NCBI GenBank assembly: GCA_050014095.1 | Contig: JBEKDZ010000001.1 | Coordinates: forward strand, 43,989-107,988 | DNA from: Dehalococcoidales bacterium | GTDB lineage: Bacteria > Chloroflexota > Dehalococcoidia > Dehalococcoidales > RBG-16-60-22 | Direction of reading: 5' to 3' | Length of the DNA stretch: 64,000 bases | Shown: one piece after another, positions 54,715-64,000 of the stretch | How the letters are laid out: the number at the start of each line of letters is the position of its first letter | Numbering within the stretch: position 1 is the stretch's first letter | Translations under genes and position numbers: made by a program | The notes under the pieces: generated by a model | Told to the model about the DNA's origin: nothing | Databases searched by the model: none | What the model saw: the letters and a program-made list of their open reading frames with translations, nothing else

Positions 54715-55236
54715 TTATTTATGAACTCTGGCATTCTGCAGAGAATGCTCCGTCACTTCTCCCTTAATGATTTCCACGGCATGCGATAGGGCTGGCAATA
54801 TCGCCTCGAGACATTCCCGCACGGCTTTAGTGCTCCCGGGCATATTGATAATGAGGCACTGCCCCCGCTGCCCCGCCACCGCCCGACTCAACATCGCCAT
54901 CGGCGTTTTTTCTAATGATTTCGCCCGCATCGCTTCGGCGATACCAAGCACTTCCCGCTCTATCACCGCTAATGTCGCTTCTGGCGTAACATCCCTTTTG
55001 CTTAAGCCAGTGCCGCCCGTGGTCAAGATAACGTCCACTTTACCGCTATCTGCCCAATCGCATAGCGTGGCGGCGATAACGTCTTTCTCGTCCGGCACAA
55101 TCTCGTATTTAATGACATTACTATCGATAGTAGCCACGATATCCCTGATGGCCTCGCCGCTTTTATCCTGGCGCTGCCCCTGCGAGCCTTTATCGCTGAT
55201 GGTGAGTATGCCGATGTTAATCATAGACTTTTTCAC
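54715..55236 (-). CDS. MogA/MoaB molybdopterin adenylyltransferase family protein
   Basis: LTISD, TTGGTG..RDVTPEA, SRAVAG, NMPGS. Confidence 0.9.
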   Translation of the reverse strand: MKKSMINIGILTISDKGSQGQRQDKSGEAIRDIVATIDSNVIKYEIVPDEKDVIAATLCDWADSGKVDVILTTGGTGLSKRDVTPEATLAVIEREVLGIAEAMRAKSLEKTPMAMLSRAVAGQRGQCLIINMPGSTKAVRECLEAILPALSHAVEIIKGEVTEHSLQNARVHK

Positions 55237-55430
55237 AAAACAAATTATATTCTACCACAGATATGGCTTAAGGCGAAAGTGCCTTACGCTTCCCCACTTT
55301 ACCCCACCCCATCAACAGTTACATTTTTTACAATTCAAGCATTCGTTTTCATAAAACCCCACAGATTCACCCTAAATAGTAGATATTTTAATATAAATAC
55401 TTGACAAATGTGTATGATTGTGTTATAAAA

Positions 55431-55470
55431 TGGTAAATCGTGGTAAATAGTGGTAATATAGGGGAAGAAG
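55431..55470 (+). promoter_or_regulatory. MraZ-type operator repeats after a sigma70 promoter
   Basis: TGGTAAATCG TGGTAAATAG TGGTAATATA GGGGAAGAAG with 10-bp period, downstream of TTGACA (55401) and TATAAA. Confidence 0.7.
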
Positions 55471-55479
55471 TAGAGTAAA

Positions 55480-55908
55480 ATGTTTTACGGTGAGTTTGAC
55501 TACAAAATCGATGAAAAAGGCAGACTTCCCATCCCGCCCAAATTCCGGGGCGTCTTCAAGGATGGCATTGTCCTGACTTCCAGCGCAGAAAACTGCATCA
55601 CCGCCTATACGGTTACAGAGTGGAAAAAACTATCCGCTTCTCTTACCAATAGCCCGCTATCACGCAGCAAGATGCGGAGGTTGAGTCGCGCCCTCTTTTC
55701 TACCGCTTTCACCACACTGATTGACGGACAGGGCCGCATCGCTATCCCCGCCCCGCTCCGCGAGCATGCCCAGATTACCGGCGACGCCGTTGTCGTCGGT
55801 GTAAATACCTATCTGGAGCTTTGGAATAAAGCGCTCTGGGAGGAAGAAAAGGCAACCAGCCAGCAGCAAGCCTGGCAGATTATAGAAAGCCTGGAAACCG
55901 ATGAATAG
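55480..55908 (+). CDS. mraZ: Transcriptional regulator MraZ
   Basis: Two DxxGR motifs (DEKGR, DGQGR). Confidence 0.95.
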   Translation: MFYGEFDYKIDEKGRLPIPPKFRGVFKDGIVLTSSAENCITAYTVTEWKKLSASLTNSPLSRSKMRRLSRALFSTAFTTLIDGQGRIAIPAPLREHAQITGDAVVVGVNTYLELWNKALWEEEKATSQQQAWQIIESLETDE

Positions 55909-56950
55909 TAGGTCTGCCCCAAGCCATACTCCGGTTCTATTACTAGAATCGCTTAGAGCACTGGCCGTCGAGCCTGGCGGTCGCTATGTGGACTGCACGC
56001 TCGGTAGCGGAGGTCATGCCGCTGCCATTTTGGAAAAGAGCTCCCCCGGTGGTCAGCTGCTCGGCATTGATGCCGACCCGAATGCTTTAGAAGCCGCTAG
56101 AAAGCGGCTTCAGGACTATAAAGAGTCCGTCCTGCTCGTGAACGACAACTTCGTCAACCTGCAGTCAATTTGCATTAAATACAAGTTTTTCCCCGTACAC
56201 GGCATTCTCCTCGACCTCGGTCTCTCATCCCTGCAGCTGGATGAGAGCGGCCGCGGCTTCAGCTTCCAGCATGATGCTCCGCTGGATATGCGCTTCAATC
56301 CCGACCAGGAAGTTAGCGCCGCCGATATCGTTAATACATGCTCCGAGGCTAAACTAGCGCAAATTATCCGGGCCTACGGCGAGGAAAGCCAGAGCTACCG
56401 CATCGCCCGGAGTATCATCAAGGAACGCCCCATCACCACCACTCTACAGCTGGCGAATTTGATAGAAAAGACCATCGGGCGGAGGGGTAAAATCCACCCC
56501 GCCACGAAGACTTTCCAGGCGCTACGCATCGCCGTCAATCATGAGCTCGAGTATCTGGAATCGGTCTTGAGGCAGGCAATCGACCTGCTTGGCTACGAGG
56601 GCAGGCTCGTGGTAATCAGCTATCACTCTCTTGAGGACCGGATTGTTAAACAGTTCATGCAGCAGGAAGCTAGAGGCTGCATCTGCCCTACCGGAACTCC
56701 GGTATGCATTTGCGGTCATACGCCAAGTTTAAGATTACTCAATAAGAAAGTAATTACTCCTACAGAAATGGAGATTAAAAATAATCCGCGCAGTCGGAGC
56801 GCTAAATTAAGAGCCGCTGCACGCATTACATCGCAAAGTGACTGCCACGCAACCACCGCCGACCATGATTTTATCACTATTGCAAAATCCAGGGTCTGGC
56901 GTAAGCCAACCTTGATACAGAAAACCAGGACATTTCTCCTGGCAGCTTAA
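55901..56950 (+). CDS. rsmH: 16S rRNA C1402 methyltransferase
   Basis: [38 protein letters not shown]. Confidence 0.96.
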   Translation: MNSRSAPSHTPVLLLESLRALAVEPGGRYVDCTLGSGGHAAAILEKSSPGGQLLGIDADPNALEAARKRLQDYKESVLLVNDNFVNLQSICIKYKFFPVHGILLDLGLSSLQLDESGRGFSFQHDAPLDMRFNPDQEVSAADIVNTCSEAKLAQIIRAYGEESQSYRIARSIIKERPITTTLQLANLIEKTIGRRGKIHPATKTFQALRIAVNHELEYLESVLRQAIDLLGYEGRLVVISYHSLEDRIVKQFMQQEARGCICPTGTPVCICGHTPSLRLLNKKVITPTEMEIKNNPRSRSAKLRAAARITSQSDCHATTADHDFITIAKSRVWRKPTLIQKTRTFLLAA

Positions 56951-56987
56951 TATAGAGAAAGATTTAACTCGTAATTAAGGAGGGCAG

Positions 56988-58208
56988 ATGAAAAAAAGCA
57001 ATATCATAACTTCTATTGATGTCGGTACTACCAAGATATGTACTATCATGGCGGATATCGTTGATGGCGTGCCCCGGGTCGTGGGCGTCGGCATCTCACC
57101 CTCCAGAGGGCTCCATAAAGGGCTGGTGATCAACATCCATGAAGCCAGAGAGTCGATTCGCGATTCGGTGAGAAAAGCGGAGCAGACCAGCAACTTCAAA
57201 GTGGAATCAGCCTATGTCGGCGTTACCGGCCGCCATGTAACCTCGAACAATAACCACGGCGTAGTCGCTATTACCCGCAACGACCGCGTCGTACGCCCGA
57301 TTGACCTGAAGCGTGTGCTCATCTCCGCGCAGAGCATAAAAACACCTTCAGATAGAAGGCTGCTCCATGTAATCCCCCGCGGTTATGCAGTAGATGGCCA
57401 GGCGGGCGTGCAAAATCCTGTAGGCATGCACGGCTTCCGGCTTGATGTCGAGACCCATGTAATCACCGCTGCGGTAACCTCCATACAAAATCTCGTAAAA
57501 TGCATCCGCAGCCTCGGGATAGAAATCGAAGACCTCATCCTGGAACCTCTCGCCAGCAGCGAGGCGGTCCTATCCGACGACGAGCGTCAGGTAGGCGTCA
57601 TCATGGCGGATATCGGCGGCGGCACTACGGACGTAGCCATCTTTAGGGAAGGCAGCATCTGGCATACCTCGATTCTGCCCGTGGCTGGCTATCAGCTAAC
57701 CCGCGATGTCGCCATCGGTCTCGGGCTGCCGTTCGAAATCGCCGAGGAGATGAAGAAAAAGTATGGCAGCGTCATGCCCGTCTATGAGAAGAACAAGAAG
57801 GGAGATACCGCTCCGGCTATCTCCAACGATGGACACGGCGTTTCTTACCAGGATTTATGCGACATTATCAAAGCCAGAGTCGAAGAAATTTTAAAGCTTA
57901 TCGTTCTGGAAATGCCAAACTCAAACTACGAAGAGCTCGTGCCGGGCGGACTGGTGCTTACCGGCGGTAGTGCTAACCTCTCGGGGCTGGCGGCGCTGGG
58001 TAGAGAATCCCTCAATATGCCGGTGAGAATAGGCGTTCCCAGCAACACCTACGGTATCGGCGATATGCTCCAGGACCCGGCTTATGCTACCAGCGTCGGC
58101 CTCATTCTCTGGGGGAATAAGCATCATGGCAAGAAAAACTGGAAGGGAAGCGGCTTCGGCGGCTCTCTACACAACCTGGTGTCTCAAATTAGTAAATTAT
58201 TCGGCTAA
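56988..58208 (+). CDS. ftsA: Cell division protein FtsA
   Basis: IDVGTTKI, DIGGGTTD, VLTGGSA, PAYATSVGL. Confidence 0.96.
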   Translation: MKKSNIITSIDVGTTKICTIMADIVDGVPRVVGVGISPSRGLHKGLVINIHEARESIRDSVRKAEQTSNFKVESAYVGVTGRHVTSNNNHGVVAITRNDRVVRPIDLKRVLISAQSIKTPSDRRLLHVIPRGYAVDGQAGVQNPVGMHGFRLDVETHVITAAVTSIQNLVKCIRSLGIEIEDLILEPLASSEAVLSDDERQVGVIMADIGGGTTDVAIFREGSIWHTSILPVAGYQLTRDVAIGLGLPFEIAEEMKKKYGSVMPVYEKNKKGDTAPAISNDGHGVSYQDLCDIIKARVEEILKLIVLEMPNSNYEELVPGGLVLTGGSANLSGLAALGRESLNMPVRIGVPSNTYGIGDMLQDPAYATSVGLILWGNKHHGKKNWKGSGFGGSLHNLVSQISKLFG

Positions 58209-58258
58209 GATATCGATATTAGAAGAAAAATCTTATACTCGACAAAAAGGAGGAGGAT

Positions 58259-59392
58259 ATGGCAAGAACCAGTTTCGTGGCTAATCCAGCTAAGATTAAA
58301 GTCGTTGGTCTGGGTGGTGGCGGCAGTAATGCAGTGACCCGCATGGTGAGAGAGAATATCCAGGGTGTCGAGTTCATCGCGATGAACACCGACGCCCAGG
58401 CTCTAGCCGTTTGCGAAGCGCCGATGTGCGTTCAGCTTGGACCCAAGCTGACGAGGGGGCTTGGCGCCGGCGGCGACCACCATGTTGGCGCTAAAGCCGC
58501 CGAGGAAACTCGCGATGAACTCCGGGAAATCATCGGCGGAGCCGATATGGTGTTCATCACTGCCGGCATGGGCGGCGGCACCGGCACCGGCGCGATTCCG
58601 ATCGTCGCCGAGATTGCTAAATCAAGCGGCGCGCTGACCATCGCGGTAGTCACCAAGCCCTTCGATTTCGAGGGCGTTCACCGTATGGAGACGGCGGAAG
58701 AGGGTATTCAAAATCTTGTCGATAAGGTCGATACGCTGATCATTATTCCTAACGACCGTCTCTTAACCCTCTGTGACAACAGGACTGGTGTGGACAGCGC
58801 CTTTAAATTAGCTGACGATGTCTTGAGGCACGGTGTTCAGGCTATCGCCGAGGTAATTACCACCCCCGGCATGATTAACCTGGACTTTGCCGATGTTAAG
58901 TCAATCATGAAAGATGCCGGCCCTGCCTGGATGTCCATCGGTAAAGGCACTGGTCAGAACCGCGCTATCGACGCCGCTAAAGAAGCGCTGGCCAGCCCGC
59001 TGCTCGAAGTCTCTATCGAGGGTTCCAAAGGCGTATTGTTCAACGTCATCGGCGGCAGCAGCTTGACCCTGTTCGAGGTCAATCAGGCTGCCGATATCAT
59101 TAAAGCCGCCGTGGACCCGGATGCCAACATCATTTTCGGTGTGGCTAACGACCCGTCAATGGAACAAGAGATTAGTCTTACCCTAATCGCTACCGGATTC
59201 AAATCCAAGATGGGTATGGGTAGAGTCAACCGTGAAGACGAGGAACTAACCAAGATACTCAAGAACATGAAGACCGAAGAGGAACTGGACATGCCTTCCT
59301 TCCTGCGCCGTCCACTCAACAGCCATCGGAAAATTTCTAACACCCAGAATCCGTACACGATGGAACAGCCGAAACAGCGACACTTTGTTTAA
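58259..59392 (+). CDS. ftsZ: Cell division protein FtsZ
   Basis: GGGTGTG tubulin motif, INLDFAD, C-terminal LDMPSFLR. Confidence 0.98.
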   Translation: MARTSFVANPAKIKVVGLGGGGSNAVTRMVRENIQGVEFIAMNTDAQALAVCEAPMCVQLGPKLTRGLGAGGDHHVGAKAAEETRDELREIIGGADMVFITAGMGGGTGTGAIPIVAEIAKSSGALTIAVVTKPFDFEGVHRMETAEEGIQNLVDKVDTLIIIPNDRLLTLCDNRTGVDSAFKLADDVLRHGVQAIAEVITTPGMINLDFADVKSIMKDAGPAWMSIGKGTGQNRAIDAAKEALASPLLEVSIEGSKGVLFNVIGGSSLTLFEVNQAADIIKAAVDPDANIIFGVANDPSMEQEISLTLIATGFKSKMGMGRVNREDEELTKILKNMKTEEELDMPSFLRRPLNSHRKISNTQNPYTMEQPKQRHFV

Positions 59393-59418
59393 TCTTAGCG
59401 GATAGTATAGATATTCGA

Positions 59419-59460
59419 GGCTGCGGGATAAAATGCCTCCTTCCCGCAGCCTTCCCTTTT
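59419..59460 (+). terminator. Intrinsic terminator after ftsZ
   Basis: GGCTGCGGGA-loop-TCCCGCAGCC followed by a pyrimidine tract. Confidence 0.65.
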
Positions 59461-59549
59461 CCCGTAACTATCAGCTGTTAACTCCCCACAGGTTGACAAA
59501 AATAGCTACATCTGTTTATTCTATTACTTGGTAATTCAATTACCGCAAT

Positions 59550-60104
59550 ATGCGAGTTATTACAGGAAAAGCAAAGGGCCACCATCTTAAGTTCCCCACA
59601 GGTACAAAAACCCGTCCGGTCACGGACCTCGTACGTGGTGCCATTTTTTCTATCCTGGAAAACATTGCTAATGATTGGTCGCTGGTGCTCGACCTTTTCG
59701 CCGGCAGCGGCGCTCTGGGTATCGAAGCTTTAAGCCGGGGCGCTGGCTGGGCGGACTTTGTTGAAAGCGAACGTAAGTGTTGTGCTATAATTAAGGAGAA
59801 TCTGGCAGCCACGGGATTTTCTTCACAGGCTCGTGTTTACTGCTGCAGCGTCGAAAAAGCGCTTCCTTTGCTTGATAAGGAGTATGACATCATATTGATG
59901 GACCCGCCTTACGCTAACCCTGCTACTGGTGACATTATTACCCGGCTGGCGTCATCGCCGCTGGTCGGCGCTAAAACAACGCTGGTAGTGACCCATTCCT
60001 CCCGCATTCCGTTGTATCAAACTTTCGCCGCTCTCAATCTCCTGAAAGAGCACCGCCACGGTGATAGCTGTATTTCTATATTTCAAAAGGAGGCCAAGCT
60101 TTGA
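59550..60104 (+). CDS. rsmD: 16S rRNA G966 methyltransferase
   Basis: MRVITG, TRP, LDLFAGSGALGIEALSRGA, DPPY. Confidence 0.94.
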   Translation: MRVITGKAKGHHLKFPTGTKTRPVTDLVRGAIFSILENIANDWSLVLDLFAGSGALGIEALSRGAGWADFVESERKCCAIIKENLAATGFSSQARVYCCSVEKALPLLDKEYDIILMDPPYANPATGDIITRLASSPLVGAKTTLVVTHSSRIPLYQTFAALNLLKEHRHGDSCISIFQKEAKL

Positions 60105-60586
60105 TTATCGCTCTCTACCCCGGCAGCTTCGACCCTATAACCAACGGGCATATAGATATCGCCACCAGGGCTTCCCAGCTTTTCGATAAAACTATCATCG
60201 GCATCTTCGCCACGCCGGAAAAAAGCCTCATGTTCTCCCTCGAGGAGCGGATAGAGATGGCTAAAAAAGCCACCGCTCACCTGTCTAAAGTTGAGGTTAG
60301 ACCCTATAGTAACATCACTGTGGAGTTTGCCAAAGAGATAAAAGCCCAGGTGCTGGTACGCGGGCTAAGGATGATTGGCGACTTCGAGTGGGAGTTTGAA
60401 ATGGCGATGATGAACCAGATGCTTTCACCGGGGCTGGAGACCGTCTGCTTCATGGCTAGCCAGGAATATCAGTTCCTTAGCGCCAGTCTGATAAAAGAAG
60501 TTGCCAGTCTGGGCGGTGATATCTCCAAGCTTGTTCCCAAACATGTCGCCGCAGCCCTGAAGAAAAAGGGCGTCATTGAGAAATGA
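60101..60586 (+). CDS. coaD: Phosphopantetheine adenylyltransferase
   Basis: YPGSFDPITNGH, VRGLR...DFEWE. Confidence 0.96.
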   Translation: MIIALYPGSFDPITNGHIDIATRASQLFDKTIIGIFATPEKSLMFSLEERIEMAKKATAHLSKVEVRPYSNITVEFAKEIKAQVLVRGLRMIGDFEWEFEMAMMNQMLSPGLETVCFMASQEYQFLSASLIKEVASLGGDISKLVPKHVAAALKKKGVIEK

Positions 60587-60648
60587 TATTTACAGGATAG
60601 ATTCCTGTTGTTCAATATTTTCAAGGATATATTCAGGAGGTAAAATTA

Positions 60649-60858
60649 ATGGCTTATAAGATTACAGACGAGTGCATCAGCTGCGGAGCCTGTGAGCCGG
60701 AATGCCCGGTTCATGCTATCAGCGAGGGAGAGACTGCTTATGTCATCGACCCCTCAAAGTGCGTGGAGTGCGTAGGCTATCATGATTCTCCGAAGTGCGC
60801 GGAAATCTGCCCGGTTGATGCCACCAAACCCGACCCAGACCATCCTAGAAAAAAGTAA
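60649..60858 (+). CDS. 2[4Fe-4S] ferredoxin (YfhL-like)
   Basis: [12 protein letters not shown] and CVECVG..C..ICP. Confidence 0.92.
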   Translation: MAYKITDECISCGACEPECPVHAISEGETAYVIDPSKCVECVGYHDSPKCAEICPVDATKPDPDHPRKK

Positions 60859-60880
60859 AGTATCATTTCTAAATTAAATC

Positions 60881-60916
60881 AATAGCGGGGCATCCGGGAT
60901 GCTTGACCCCGCTATT
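60881..60916. terminator. Hairpin between convergent genes
   Basis: AATAGCGGGG...CCCCGCTATT. Confidence 0.6.
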
Positions 60917-60985
60917 ACTGTTTCTATTTTTAACCTCAATCTTAATGATAGATGAGGTTTTTTTACATCAGCATATTCTATCTTT

Positions 60986-61471
60986 TTAAAAATAGCTGCG
61001 TACATGGCTAAATTGATCCGGCAATAGCCCTAAAACAACCCAGAATCTGTTCAGCAGGAAGTTAGCTATCGGTGAACTGGTGACGGTATCGCTGGGTCCC
61101 TGGTATCTTAAATACATTGCCAGCAATGCTCCGATGAAAATAGCGCACAGCAGCAACCCGAAAATGATACCACCCAAGTTATCCACCCATCCCAGCAGCG
61201 CCCAGTGGGCGAGTCTTTCTACGATAAACGCCAGTATCAACGCTATTATTAAGGTTGCCAGTAGGATAATAATGAAAGCGACAATGCCCGCGAGATTGAA
61301 ATCTGAAATAAACGTTAGTTTCAAAGCCAGACTATCAGCATATTGACCCGCAAGAACGACGCCGATAATAACGCCAGCCAAGATAAATAGCATTTTGATT
61401 AGTCCTGCTTGATAACCCATGAAACCCGCGATGATTAAACTAATGATAATGACTATATCCAGCCAGTTCAT
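60986..61471 (-). CDS. CvpA family membrane protein
   Basis: MNWLDI, G..AGLI, LGWVDNLGG. Confidence 0.88.
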   Translation of the reverse strand: MNWLDIVIIISLIIAGFMGYQAGLIKMLFILAGVIIGVVLAGQYADSLALKLTFISDFNLAGIVAFIIILLATLIIALILAFIVERLAHWALLGWVDNLGGIIFGLLLCAIFIGALLAMYLRYQGPSDTVTSSPIANFLLNRFWVVLGLLPDQFSHVRSYF

Positions 61472-61538
61472 ATTAGCCTCCTCGACGACTGTTTGAACTT
61501 ATTCTACTATTTATCCTATCAAGTCAACAACCCGTTTT

Positions 61539-62348
61539 TTAGGGTTTCGTTTCCCCCAGCTCTTTTGCCCTCTGGCAGGCCGCCTTCACTGCCTGGGCGA
61601 CGATTCCGGCTAGGTCGCTTTTTTCGAATATCTCTAGCGCACGCTCCGTAGTGCCACCTTTAGAGGTTACATCTCGGCGTAATTCGGCTGGCGTTTTAGC
61701 CGACTTTTCCATCAGGTGTGCCGCACCGAGCATCGTCTGCAAGACCAGCTTCTCGGCATCCTGTCTCTTAAGTCCCAGCCCCACCGCCCCATCTATAAGC
61801 GATTCGGCGAATAGATAGAAATAGGCTGGCCCGCTGCCGCTGATAGCCGTGACCTTGTCAAGATACTCTTCATCGTCGAAATAAATCTCTTTTCCCATAG
61901 CACGGAGGATTTTACGCGCTAATTCTTTTTGCTTTTCGTTGACCTCTTGAGTAGCCGCCCAGCCGCTGATACCGAGTCCGATTTGCGCCGGTGTATTAGG
62001 CATTGACCTGACGACTTTACGATGTCCCGCGCCTTGGATAATAGTGCTAATTTTTAGGCCGGCGGCGATGGAAAGAATAAGCTGGTCCGGTTGGAGATTG
62101 CCTTTGAGGTCGGCCAGGACTTCCATGATATTTTGGGGTTTCACCGCCAGTACTACCACATCTTGACCCTGAATGGCTTCTCGATTATTAGCCGTTACGA
62201 TAATACCGTAATGCTCTTTAAGATACTGACGGCGTGACTCGCTAATATCGCTCACAGAGATATCTGCCGGTTTACAAAGCTTGCTCTCCAGCAAAGACCT
62301 GATAATCGCCTCCCCCATATTCCCCCCGCCGATAAACGCTATTTTCAT
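61539..62348 (-). CDS. proC: Pyrroline-5-carboxylate reductase
   Basis: GGGNMG, LAVKPQ, RSMPNTP, SGSGPAY, VTSKGGTT. Confidence 0.96.
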   Translation of the reverse strand: MKIAFIGGGNMGEAIIRSLLESKLCKPADISVSDISESRRQYLKEHYGIIVTANNREAIQGQDVVVLAVKPQNIMEVLADLKGNLQPDQLILSIAAGLKISTIIQGAGHRKVVRSMPNTPAQIGLGISGWAATQEVNEKQKELARKILRAMGKEIYFDDEEYLDKVTAISGSGPAYFYLFAESLIDGAVGLGLKRQDAEKLVLQTMLGAAHLMEKSAKTPAELRRDVTSKGGTTERALEIFEKSDLAGIVAQAVKAACQRAKELGETKP

Positions 62349-62377
62349 ATTGATATGAACCTAATTCTCCTTATTAC

Positions 62378-62628
62378 TTCTCTCCCCTTGTGGGAGAGAT
62401 TGAGTGAGGGGACTAATCCCTCTCCATCTCCCTTTGTAAAAGGGAGACGATATGGTTTTACTTTACAATCACCGTTTGCAGCCCACTCTCTTGTCCCTCT
62501 TTTGTAAAGAGGGAGAAAGGGAGATTTATTCCCCTTTTTCACCCTCACCCTGCCTCTCCCTTCAGGGTGAACCTTCAGGCCGAGCCTTCTGGTCGAGACC
62601 TTCAGGATGAACCCATCGAGGGAGAGGA
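62378..62628. repeat. Composite hairpin repeat cluster with four 13-14-bp tandem units
   Basis: TCTCTCCCCTTGTGGGAGAGA, TCTCCCTTTGTAAAAGGGAGA, TCCCTCTTTTGTAAAGAGGGA, then CTCTCCC[4 units]ATCGAGGGAGAG. Confidence 0.8.
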
Positions 62629-62635
62629 GTTTGAT

Positions 62636-64000
62636 TTATTTCACCACGATATTTATCAGTTTCCCCGGCACGTAAATAACCTTGACCACCTGCTTTCCCG
62701 CCAAAAAGGTCTTGACCTTCTCCATGTCCATCGCCAACTGTTTAGCCTCTGCTTCAGTAACGGATACCGGCGCGGTCAATCTATCCCGCACCTTACCGTT
62801 CACCTGCACCACCAGAGTAAACTCGTCGCTGGTGACCAGCTTTTCATCCCACTTCGGCCAACGCTGGTTGTGGATACTGTATTTGTTGCCAGTCCTCTGC
62901 CAAAGCTCCTCACTGATGTGTGGCGCCGTCGGGGCCAAAAGCAACAGCAGTAGCTTTATAGTTTCGTTCCATGTCTTAGCGGATACGCTACCGGCCTCTT
63001 TGACCTTACCCAGGTAGTTAGTCAGTTCCATTAGCGCCGCTACCATTGTGTTCAGTCTTATCTTATCGAAGTCCTCGGTTACTTTCTTAATGGTCTGGTG
63101 CACCAGGCGCATTAAATCTTCGTCGCCAGCAGAATTAGATGATTTGTATCCCCCCGCCACCAGGTTCCAGGTACGGTGCAGCCACCGACTGATGCCGCTG
63201 ATGCCACTATCGTCCCACTCGCCGCCCTGCTCCCAGGGAGCGATGAACATCATATAGGCGCGTACCGTATCCACGCCCAGCTCCGCTACATATTCATCCG
63301 GGTTGACCACGTTGCCCCTGGACTTACTCATTTTCGTGCTGCCGGAGAGAATAATCCCCTGGTTGAAAAGCCGCAGGAACGGCTCCCTGAAATCTATTAT
63401 CCCCATATCACAAATAGCTTTAGTAAAGAAACGGGTATAAAGCAGGTGCATCACGGCATGCTCGGCACCGCCGCTATAAAAATCAACCGGCATCCAGTGC
63501 TTGACCTTGGCGGGGTCGAAGGCTCTGTCATTTTCGTGGGGACTGGTGTAACGCTCCATATACCAGCAGGAACATAAAAACCCATCGAGGGTATCTGTCT
63601 CGCGTTTGGCGGCGCCGCCGCATTTAGGGCAGGTAGTATTAACAAACTTCTCATGATACTTTAGAGGAGACTCTCCGGTAGGTTTGAATTCGGCGTCTTC
63701 GGGCAGTAAAACAGGTAGGTCTTTTTCCGGCACCGGCACGATGCCGCACTTTGGACAGTGAATCATGGGTATCGGCGCGCCCCAGTAGCGTTGCCGAGAT
63801 ACCAGCCAGTCGCGTATTTTATAGCTTACGGTATGCTTGCCCCACCCCTTTTCCTCTAAGTAGGCGGAGACGGCATTTACACCGTCTGAATTCCCGTTGA
63901 ACCGGTCAGAGTGAATCATCCTGCCATATTCTGCATGGAACAACATGCCGTCATAGAATGAGCAGTTGGTCAGCATTTCTACTACCGTCCGGCAGTTCCG
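62636..64000 (-). CDS. leuS: Leucine--tRNA ligase (5' part outside window)
   Basis: DWLVSRQRYWGAPIP, GGAEHAVMHLLY, KMSKS, VQVNGKVR. The frame is open to the window edge. Confidence 0.96.
   Translation of the reverse strand, partial: RNCRTVVEMLTNCSFYDGMLFHAEYGRMIHSDRFNGNSDGVNAVSAYLEEKGWGKHTVSYKIRDWLVSRQRYWGAPIPMIHCPKCGIVPVPEKDLPVLLPEDAEFKPTGESPLKYHEKFVNTTCPKCGGAAKRETDTLDGFLCSCWYMERYTSPHENDRAFDPAKVKHWMPVDFYSGGAEHAVMHLLYTRFFTKAICDMGIIDFREPFLRLFNQGIILSGSTKMSKSRGNVVNPDEYVAELGVDTVRAYMMFIAPWEQGGEWDDSGISGISRWLHRTWNLVAGGYKSSNSAGDEDLMRLVHQTIKKVTEDFDKIRLNTMVAALMELTNYLGKVKEAGSVSAKTWNETIKLLLLLLAPTAPHISEELWQRTGNKYSIHNQRWPKWDEKLVTSDEFTLVVQVNGKVRDRLTAPVSVTEAEAKQLAMDMEKVKTFLAGKQVVKVIYVPGKLINIVVK

Overview
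A 64-kb, mostly core-genome stretch of a bacterium that is very probably Dehalococcoidia (Chloroflexota). This is inferred from a minimal mraZ-rsmH-ftsA-ftsZ cluster, a bacterial Elp3, rpoBC detached from rplKAJL and the general gene content. It holds holA, ychF, rpoBC, ruvB, queH, an ECF sigma/anti-sigma pair, an accessory block of redox, cupin and transport genes (15-29 kb), the tuf-rpmG-secE-nusG-rplKAJL cluster, four tRNAs, asd, a CoA-transferase pair, comM/comEA/comEC, def, priA, rplS, trmD, rsmD, coaD, proC and the 3' part of leuS. I saw no transposase, integrase, phage gene or CRISPR array. Best leads: (1) Elp3 head-to-head with a methyltransferase carrying Trm9/ALKBH8-like motifs, suggesting a eukaryote-like cm5U to mcm5U tRNA wobble pathway in a bacterium; (2) nested intergenic palindromic repeats whose hairpins are repeatedly interrupted by tandem 13-14 bp and 24 bp units and by a 19-bp mini-palindrome; (3) a split KimA-like K+ transporter with a USP and two TrkA/RCK genes; (4) five paralogs of an uncharacterised cupin family, one lacking all metal ligands. 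All family assignments come from motif recognition by eye; no database search was run.
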